Shown here: positions 57,570 through 64,000 of the stretch, piece after piece
Layout: each line of letters begins with the position of its first letter
Position numbering within the stretch: the first letter of the stretch is position 1
NCBI GenBank assembly: GCA_002068415.1
Contig: MVZM01000009.1
Location: 3,088 to 67,087 of the forward strand
From: Tenericutes bacterium ADurb.BinA124
Lineage (GTDB): Bacteria > Bacillota_I > Bacilli_A > ML615J-28 > CAG-698
DNA: 64,000 nt
Reading direction: 5' to 3'
Notes under the pieces: model-generated
What the model saw: the letters and a program-made list of their open reading frames with translations, nothing else
Told to the model about the DNA's origin: nothing
Databases searched by the model: none
Made by a program: the position numbers and the translations under genes

Positions 57570-59339
57570 ATGAAAAAATTTAAAATCATCATTATCCTAA
57601 TTGTAATGTTTTTGAGTGCCTTTGGCTTAAGTGGGTGTGAGCGCAAGCCTGAATATGACCCTGAAAAAGATGCGGCTGCAACTTTAACGCAGACCGATTT
57701 CTTCAAAGTACAGTTATTTGTTTCAGAATCTATGGAGAAATGGGCTAGAGTATATGATTTAACAGAACTGGGGAAACAACAAGAAATATTGGTGATTCCT
57801 GAGGATGTTGAAGGATACCCCGTTACTCAAATTGGTGTTAGTTCGAAAAAACATGGAATTAAAAGCAATAATTTAAAAAAGATTTACATTCCCCAAACGG
57901 TGTATTCAAAGCCGCTTGTGACGACGCCAATAGCCAAAGAGGCGATTATATGCCAAGACGGAATCGTTTTTTTAAGTGCTGAAAAAATCGATTTCAGTGG
58001 TATTACAAGCAAAGACACGCGGATTATCATGATGTCCGATACCTTTGCAAGGTCTACTCAAGCTTATTCCCAAGATGCTATTGCCAATATTAAGTATCGT
58101 TCACCCAATATAATCTATCATTACAATTATGAAGCATCGCCTAATAAAGACATTTATTGGCTTGATTTTATTGAGAAAGATAGTTTATCTTTTAATCCTG
58201 AAGCTCCTAAAAGAGAAGAGTATATATTTACCGGTTGGTATGAAGATATAAACTGCCATGAAAAGTGGGACGGAATATCCCCTTCTAATGGTGAAGATAT
58301 TTTGGAACTATATGCCGGTTGGGGAAAAGAACCGGAAGAATATACAGAAGGATTGGTTTTCCGTTTAATGGAAGATAAGGAAGAATATGAAGTCGTTGGT
58401 TATGAAGGTGCGGACACGAATGTTATCATTCCTAGTTTGTATATGAATTTGCCTGTAAGCAAAATAGGCGAAAAGGCTTTTTCCTTTCCTGCATCTACTC
58501 ATGTTGTGTCAATTCTTTTACCTGATTCCATCAAAGAAATTCATAAAAATAGTTTTATCGGAACTAACTTAACTGGTGAATTATTTATTCCCAAGAGCAT
58601 GTATTATTTTGGTCACATTGAAGGTGTTAAGAATTGTCAAGTTAGGGTCAAAAGCAATCATGATTATCATAAAGAAATGATGGTAAACAATGTTTTAACC
58701 ATTGTTAGCAAAGATGAAAAAGAACTGATTTATGTTAACAATACAAAAGAAGTGAATGCCACTTTTGAGGTGCCTAATTCGATTACCAAAATAGGTGACT
58801 TCTCAATGTATCGTAGCAATTTTAAAGAGATAGTTTTACCGAATACCATTACTGTAGTTGGGGAAAAAGCCTTTATGTATTCCAAAGCGGTCGTTAATAT
58901 CCCAACAGGCATTAAAGAAATTCATGCTAATGCCTATGTTCGTTGTATACTGAATGAAAATCTAATCTTGCCTGAGGGATTAGAAGTAATCGGCAATGGG
59001 GCTTTTGGCGAGAATAATCTTATTTCCGTCGTTTTCCCTTCCACATTAATGACCTTAGGTAATGGTGTCTTTTATAGTCAAACGACGGTGGACGGTGCTT
59101 ATAATCTAGTTAAACATATCGAATTTAAATCATTTCAACTAGATACGACTTCAACAACAGCATTTGATTTTGCGTTTCTTTGGTTGAATTATAAGGATAC
59201 ATCAATCAAAGAGATTACGGTTAAACTGCCAAGTGATGAAACACAAGCCCAGAAATTGAAAAATAGTTTGCTCCAACAAATTGAATCGGATAATGTTATT
59301 CGCTATTTAGGAAATGATTTTGTCATTAATTTTGAATAG
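57570..59339 (+). CDS. lipoprotein with BspA-type leucine-rich repeats (LRR_5)
   Basis: Lipobox LSGCE; repeated I-x-I-P-x-S-V-x-x-I-G-x-x-A-F blocks. Confidence 0.7.
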   Translation: MKKFKIIIILIVMFLSAFGLSGCERKPEYDPEKDAAATLTQTDFFKVQLFVSESMEKWARVYDLTELGKQQEILVIPEDVEGYPVTQIGVSSKKHGIKSNNLKKIYIPQTVYSKPLVTTPIAKEAIICQDGIVFLSAEKIDFSGITSKDTRIIMMSDTFARSTQAYSQDAIANIKYRSPNIIYHYNYEASPNKDIYWLDFIEKDSLSFNPEAPKREEYIFTGWYEDINCHEKWDGISPSNGEDILELYAGWGKEPEEYTEGLVFRLMEDKEEYEVVGYEGADTNVIIPSLYMNLPVSKIGEKAFSFPASTHVVSILLPDSIKEIHKNSFIGTNLTGELFIPKSMYYFGHIEGVKNCQVRVKSNHDYHKEMMVNNVLTIVSKDEKELIYVNNTKEVNATFEVPNSITKIGDFSMYRSNFKEIVLPNTITVVGEKAFMYSKAVVNIPTGIKEIHANAYVRCILNENLILPEGLEVIGNGAFGENNLISVVFPSTLMTLGNGVFYSQTTVDGAYNLVKHIEFKSFQLDTTSTTAFDFAFLWLNYKDTSIKEITVKLPSDETQAQKLKNSLLQQIESDNVIRYLGNDFVINFE

Positions 59340-59401
59340 CAAAAACAATATTTAATGGGCATTTATTCACTAACAATAACTTCGCTATACAATTGTTCCT
59401 T

Positions 59402-59447
59402 AGCTTTGGTCAAAGTATAACTTTGGGACCAAAGCTTTTTCTTTTTA
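59402..59447 (+). terminator. strong rho-independent terminator
   Basis: 10-bp perfect stem AGCTTTGGTC/GACCAAAGCT followed by TTTTTCTTTTT. Confidence 0.8.
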
Positions 59448-59545
59448 GAAACAAAGATCTCAAGTCAAAAATTGAAGCTTCTTTTTGATGATTTATGGTA
59501 TCGAGATGTCGAAAAGATCTTTAAGAAAAACAATTATTATTAAGG

Positions 59546-59574
59546 TTGAAAAATGACCATGATTATAATATAAT
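59546..59574 (+). promoter_or_regulatory. sigma-A promoter TTGAAA-17-TATAAT for speDE
   Basis: Consensus hexamers at 59546-59551 and 59569-59574. Confidence 0.6.
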
Positions 59575-59622
59575 ATGATAAGTAGTTCATATGAACAATC
59601 ATTTCTTTCCAGGAGGTTTCCC

Positions 59623-60429
59623 ATGGTTCGCAAACAGCACCCGATTAAACTCTATGGTTTCAACAACCTAACTAAGACCCTTAGTTTTAATATTTATGAT
59701 ATTTGTTATACCGGGGATGAATTTGAAAGAAAAGCTTATATTGAATATATTAACCAACAATATAACAGCAATCGTTTAAAAAAGATTTTAACTGAAGTAA
59801 CGAAAATAATTAATGCGAAAATTTTAAATATTGCGACGCAGGATTATGAACCACAAGGGGCCAGCGTTACCGTTTTAGTATCTGAATATCACGATGTGAA
59901 TGGATTAAATGAAGTTCCTAAAAAAGACTCCGTCGTTGGTCATTTGGATAAAAGCCATTTAACGGTTCACACTTATCCGGAAAGTCATCCCGGGAATCCC
60001 ATCAGCACTTTTCGGGTGGACATTGATGTTTCCACATGCGGGGAAATTTCGCCATTGAAGGCTTTACATTATTTAATCAGTCAATTTGATTCCGACATCA
60101 TTACCATTGATTATCGGATTAGAGGTTTTACCCGTGATTTAAATGGTGAGAAACATTTCCTTGATCATAGTATTGATTCGATTCAAGACTATATTCCGGA
60201 CGAAATTTTATCGAAATACACAACTTATGATGTCAATTTAGCTTATACTAATATCTTTCACACCAAAATGATGTTGAATACTTTGGTGCTGGATAATTAC
60301 TTATTTAACCTTAACAGTGCCGATTTAACCGAAGAAAAGGTTGCGAAAATCAGGCAGGCGATTAATTCCGAAATGGCGGAAATATATTATGGGATGAATA
60401 TTCCCCGGATGAAATTGGAGAAAAAATGA
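59623..60429 (+). CDS. speD: S-adenosylmethionine decarboxylase proenzyme (class IB, E. coli SpeD type)
   Basis: IKLYGFNNLTKTLSFNIYDICY and ILNIATQDYEPQGASVTVLVSE closely match enterobacterial SpeD; RBS AGGAGG 6 nt upstream. Confidence 0.9.
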   Translation: MVRKQHPIKLYGFNNLTKTLSFNIYDICYTGDEFERKAYIEYINQQYNSNRLKKILTEVTKIINAKILNIATQDYEPQGASVTVLVSEYHDVNGLNEVPKKDSVVGHLDKSHLTVHTYPESHPGNPISTFRVDIDVSTCGEISPLKALHYLISQFDSDIITIDYRIRGFTRDLNGEKHFLDHSIDSIQDYIPDEILSKYTTYDVNLAYTNIFHTKMMLNTLVLDNYLFNLNSADLTEEKVAKIRQAINSEMAEIYYGMNIPRMKLEKK

Positions 60430-61268
60430 ATAATTGGTTTACTGAATTTTGGACTAATCATATTAAATTTTCTATTCGCATCAAAGAACATCTCTTTTCA
60501 CAACAAACCCCGTTTCAAAAACTTGATTTTTATGATTCTTATGAATTGGGTCGGTTTTTTACTTTAGATGATATTATGATGGCCAATGAAAAAGATGAGT
60601 TTATTTATCATGAAATGATGATTCATTTCCCGATGACGGTTAATCCCAAGATTACCAATGTTTTGGTAATTGGCGGTGGTGATGGTGGTTCCGTTCGTGA
60701 ATTATGTCGTTACTCCTCCATTAAAGCCATTACGATGGTAGAAATTGACGAAATTGTGGTGCGTAAAGCTCAGGAACTGCTGCCCCAAACAGCCCACAAA
60801 TTAAGTGATCCGCGCGTTAAGCTGATTTTTGCTGATGGCTGCCAGTTTGTGCGCGACACCAAAGAGCAATACGATTTAATCGTCATTGATTCCACGGATC
60901 CGATTGGTCCGGGTGAAGGACTGTTCAGCCGCGAGTTTTACCAAAACTGTGCCAAGATATTAAAGCCCGAGGGGATTGTTGTCAATCAGCATGAAAGCCC
61001 ATATTTTGAACAAACCCGCATAGAGATGATGCGTGCTCATGAAAAATTGCGCAGCATTTTTGCGACGGCCACGGTTTATCAAGCCTTTATCCCTACTTAT
61101 CCCAGTGGGCATTGGTTATTCGGCTTTGCTTCCAACACGCAAAAGCCCCAATCAATTAATGGTAGCAAAGAACTGATTGATTCTTTCAATTTGAAATATT
61201 ATAATCATGAAATTCATTTAGCATCGTTGGTTTTACCGAATTATGTTAAAGATTTATTAAAAAAGTAG
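60426..61268 (+). CDS. speE: spermidine synthase
   Basis: VLVIGGGDGGSVRE and IVIDSTDPIGP motifs; overlaps speD (ATGA). Confidence 0.9.
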   Translation: MNNWFTEFWTNHIKFSIRIKEHLFSQQTPFQKLDFYDSYELGRFFTLDDIMMANEKDEFIYHEMMIHFPMTVNPKITNVLVIGGGDGGSVRELCRYSSIKAITMVEIDEIVVRKAQELLPQTAHKLSDPRVKLIFADGCQFVRDTKEQYDLIVIDSTDPIGPGEGLFSREFYQNCAKILKPEGIVVNQHESPYFEQTRIEMMRAHEKLRSIFATATVYQAFIPTYPSGHWLFGFASNTQKPQSINGSKELIDSFNLKYYNHEIHLASLVLPNYVKDLLKK

Positions 61269-61532
61269 CGTTTTTAAAATGATTAAAAATCATTTTCCTT
61301 TCATAAATTATTGTTTGATGAAAAAGGTGTCATTAATGACTACCTTTTTTTTAATCAAAGTTTTAAAGGTTTAGTTGCTATTTCCTTTAGCGATTAACTT
61401 GGTAAAATCTTTTTTGGAAGATGATATTGTGTCGTCGAACCAATGCTGATAAGCTTAAACGACAATGTGGAAAACGATTATTTAGTAATCGCTATTGTTT
61501 TCTTTTTAGGCTTTATGGTCTTTTTCTGACTG

Positions 61533-61561
61533 TTGACAATGATTAAGGGTTTTTGTATAAT
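61533..61561 (+). promoter_or_regulatory. consensus sigma-A promoter TTGACA-17-TATAAT
   Basis: Perfect hexamers at 61533-61538 and 61556-61561. Confidence 0.7.
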
Positions 61562-61569
61562 AGACTTAG

Positions 61570-61766
61570 TAAATACACAGAGGTGCGTTATTTGGAGTAT
61601 TTGGCCAATGCTAAGAGAATGAACTCTCGAAGTGGCTAGGGAAGGGAAATAACGCCGAAAGAATTAGTGGGTTCATCCACTAAAGTCTTGGTGGATAAAC
61701 GACATCTTATCCACTGCCATTGGGAAATGGAGCGCTGTTGTCTTTTAAAGACAACAGCTTTTTTAA
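61570..61766 (+). ncRNA. lysine riboswitch (L-box) with intrinsic terminator, probable ON-type
   Basis: AGAGGTGCG...GGAGTA...CTCGAAG...GGGAAGGGAAAT...CGCCGAAAG...TGGAGCGCT conserved L-box blocks; terminator GCTGTTGTCTTT-taa-AAAGACAACAGC-TTTTTT at 61734-61764, whose 5' arm overlaps the P1 3' strand. Confidence 0.7.
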
Positions 61767-61781
61767 TGAAAGGAGTTTATT

Positions 61782-62198
61782 TTGAACAAAAAAACCATCA
61801 ATGATTTGGTGGTCGGTGAATCAAGTTCATTAACGAAGAGCTTTAGCGAAGCCGATGTTTTGCAGTTTGCACAAGTAACCGGTGATTTAAATCCAGCTCA
61901 CATTAATGAAGAGTATGCGCAAACGACCATCTTTAAAACCCGGATTGTTCATGGTATGTTGGTTGGCGCTCTTTTTAGTGCCATCTTAGGAACAAAACTT
62001 CCCGGGTTGGGCAGTATTTACACTTATCAGAGCTTGAAGTTTGTGAAGCCGGTTTATTTTGATGAATTGATAAGGGCCACTGTAACGGTCAAAGAATTAA
62101 TTTATGAAAAGAATCGTGTTATTTTGGATTGTGTTGCGAAAAATGAACGGGATGAAGTGGTCATCGTTGGCGAAGCCACGATTATGCCCCCACAATAA
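61782..62198 (+). CDS. MaoC-like (hotdog-fold) dehydratase
   Basis: TTG start 6 nt after the RBS AAAGGAG; hotdog-fold hydratase pattern; 138 aa. Confidence 0.6.
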   Translation: MNKKTINDLVVGESSSLTKSFSEADVLQFAQVTGDLNPAHINEEYAQTTIFKTRIVHGMLVGALFSAILGTKLPGLGSIYTYQSLKFVKPVYFDELIRATVTVKELIYEKNRVILDCVAKNERDEVVIVGEATIMPPQ

Positions 62199-62206
62199 GG
62201 AGTGTT

Positions 62207-62854
62207 ATGCGCGGTTTTATTTGCAAAGCCACGTTTAAAAGTCATTTACGTTCGGGGATGACTTTAATGGTGGGTGGTTTTCTCGCCAATGGGAGCCCCG
62301 ATTACTTAATTGATTTGATTTTGGAAACGGATTTTAGGGATTTTACCGTCATTTGTAATGATGGCGGTTTTGAAGATCGCGGTGTTGGCAAACTGATTGT
62401 TGCCAATCGAGTTAAAAAATTGATTGCTTCCCACATTGGCACCAATCCCACGGTCGGTAAATTAATGCAGGAAGGAAAACTGGAAGTTACGCTTGTTCCT
62501 CAAGGCACGCTGGTAGAACAAATCCGTGCTGCCGGGGCCGGCTTGGGAGGGTTTTTAACGCCCACTGGTCTTAATACGATAGTGCAAGACGGTAAACAAG
62601 TAATCTCTGTTAAGGGCATTCCTTATTTATTGGAAGAACCTTTATTTGCGGATTTGGCTTTAATTGGTGGAGCGATTTGTGATCAATATGGGAATTTGGT
62701 TTATCGCCAATCAATGCGTAATTTTAACCCTATTATGGCGATGGCCGCCACTTTGGTAATTGCTTGTTGTGCTCACAAAGTAGATACTCACCATCATGAG
62801 ACGGTCATAACGCCCTTTCCTTTAGTTGATTATATTGTAATGGAGGAACAATAA
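62207..62854 (+). CDS. atoD: 3-oxoacid (acetoacetate/butyrate) CoA-transferase subunit A
   Basis: MTLMVGGF...GTNP... family I CoA-transferase alpha-subunit motifs; 215 aa. Confidence 0.8.
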   Translation: MRGFICKATFKSHLRSGMTLMVGGFLANGSPDYLIDLILETDFRDFTVICNDGGFEDRGVGKLIVANRVKKLIASHIGTNPTVGKLMQEGKLEVTLVPQGTLVEQIRAAGAGLGGFLTPTGLNTIVQDGKQVISVKGIPYLLEEPLFADLALIGGAICDQYGNLVYRQSMRNFNPIMAMAATLVIACCAHKVDTHHHETVITPFPLVDYIVMEEQ

Positions 62855-63501
62855 TGGACGATAAATTTGTCATTGCCCGTCGGATTGCCTTAGAACTACA
62901 GGATGGTGATGTGGTTAATTTAGGCATTGGCACCCCGACTTTAGTTGCTGATTTTATTCCCTCTTCCAAGCGGGTGGTTTTACAATCCGAAAACGGCATT
63001 ATCGGCATTGGCCCTTTAACCGATGAAGCGACGGACATTGTTAATGCCGGCGGTTTAAAAGCGACCATTACTCCGGGGGGAGCGTTTATGGACTCTTCAA
63101 CATCTTTTATGTTGATTCGCGGTGGTCATGTTGATGTAACCGTGTTGGGAGCTTTAGAAGTAGATGAGGAAGGCAGTCTTGCCTCCTGGATTATTCCGGG
63201 GAAAATGGTCCCCGGGATGGGGGGAGCGATGGATTTAGTCGTCGGCGCCAAGAAAGTTATTATTGCGATGGCCCATACCAATAAGGGGAAATCGAAAATA
63301 TTAAAACGTTGTACCTTGCCCTTAACGGCTTTTAAAGAAGCCAATTTAATTGTGACTGAAATGGCGGTCATGGAAGTTAGGGAAGATGGTTTACATTTAT
63401 TGGAAGTTCATCCACGCTTCACTGTTGAAGAAGTTGTTTCCCTAACCGAAGCGCCCTTAATTATTAATGAAGTATTACCAATGAAAGGAGTAACGATATG
63501 A
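62854..63501 (+). CDS. atoA: 3-oxoacid CoA-transferase subunit B
   Basis: ENG catalytic-Glu region ([11 protein letters not shown]) of family I CoA-transferase beta subunits; overlaps the upstream stop. Confidence 0.8.
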   Translation: MDDKFVIARRIALELQDGDVVNLGIGTPTLVADFIPSSKRVVLQSENGIIGIGPLTDEATDIVNAGGLKATITPGGAFMDSSTSFMLIRGGHVDVTVLGALEVDEEGSLASWIIPGKMVPGMGGAMDLVVGAKKVIIAMAHTNKGKSKILKRCTLPLTAFKEANLIVTEMAVMEVREDGLHLLEVHPRFTVEEVVSLTEAPLIINEVLPMKGVTI

Positions 63502-63878
63502 AAACGATGTTACGCTTACGCATGTCATCACAAGATGCTCATTACGGCGGTAAGCTTGTGGACGGAGCGCGGATTTTAGCTTTGTTCGGGGATGTTGCTA
63601 CCGAATTGTTGATTCGTCGCGATGGCGATGAAGGATTGTTCCGTGCCTATGATTCCGTGGAATTCTTAGCGCCGGTTTACGCAGGTGATTTTTTAGAAGT
63701 TCACGGTGAAATTACTTCCGAGGGGAATAGCTCCCGGAAAATGCTCTTTAGCTGTTATAAAGTTATTGAACCAAGGCCCGAGATTGCCAGTTCGGCGGCT
63801 GATTTTTTAGAAACGCCCCTTTTGGTTGCGAAAGCAAGTGGAACCTGTGTGGTTCCCAAGGCTTTGCAAAGGCGGTAG
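63498..63878 (+). CDS. kal: probable 3-aminobutyryl-CoA ammonia-lyase (Kal-like small hotdog protein)
   Basis: 126-aa protein between the CoA-transferase and Kce-like genes, as in lysine-fermentation clusters; assignment by size and context. Confidence 0.5.
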   Translation: MKTMLRLRMSSQDAHYGGKLVDGARILALFGDVATELLIRRDGDEGLFRAYDSVEFLAPVYAGDFLEVHGEITSEGNSSRKMLFSCYKVIEPRPEIASSAADFLETPLLVAKASGTCVVPKALQRR

Positions 63879-63880
63879 AC

Positions 63881-64000
63881 CATGGAAAAATTAATTATTA
63901 CTTGTGCTCTTTCGGGAGCTGAGGTCACGAAAGAACATAATCCGAGTGTTCCCTATACGGCCTTGGAAATGGCTGAAAGCGCTCATCAAGCTTATTTAGC
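63881..64000 (+). CDS. kce: 3-keto-5-aminohexanoate cleavage enzyme (BKACE/DUF849), N-terminal part; continues past the window
   Basis: MEKLIITCALSGAEVTKEHNPSVPYT matches the BKACE family N-terminus. Confidence 0.7.

Noticed and set aside
1-64000. CRISPR array search
   Set aside because: No run of regularly spaced 25-40-nt direct repeats was seen. The repeats present are short (8-16 nt) arrays of 3-6 units.

Overview
The window looks like a low-GC Firmicutes/Erysipelotrichia-like chromosome that alternates housekeeping genes with AT-rich accessory segments. Recognisable housekeeping genes include pcm, class II fba, pepT, ppa, corA, a BMP-family nucleoside ABC uptake operon, speD-speE, glycerate kinase and buk plus Leu/Phe/Val dehydrogenase. 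The window also carries a CoA-disulfide reductase fused to rhodanese, TusA and DsrE domains. A lysine-fermentation operon sits at the 3' end (MaoC-like, atoDA-like CoA-transferase, kal-like, kce-like) behind a consensus promoter and an L-box leader that I read as an ON-type lysine riboswitch. Accessory content includes an IS110-family element flanked by a 22-bp direct repeat. A roughly 15-kb very AT-rich island (about 5.7-20.7 kb) holds two half-size ABC exporters, a subtilase gene remnant, a GGDEF cyclase and an ABC-2 transporter. The island also carries two paired COG1373/DUF4143 ATPase-Fic modules (one Fic with His->Gln in the catalytic motif, one reduced to a 3' remnant) and a third, canonical class-II Fic. 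A gene graveyard downstream of tRNA-Ser(GGA) contains a frameshifted phage-regulator-like gene, a lipoprotein gene with an in-frame amber in its signal peptide, decayed ORFs and a DUF4143 fragment. I found five tRNA genes and one degenerate tRNA-Leu-like sequence, several rho-independent terminators, consensus sigma-A promoters with operator-like dyads, and several unexplained short repeat arrays (20-bp-phased GGTATGCA iterons, GGGTGCGT triplet, TCAC-N3-GTGA tandem array, ACGATT array). No CRISPR array was found. All coordinates, family assignments and RNA structures are read by eye from the sequence; no database search or folding was run.
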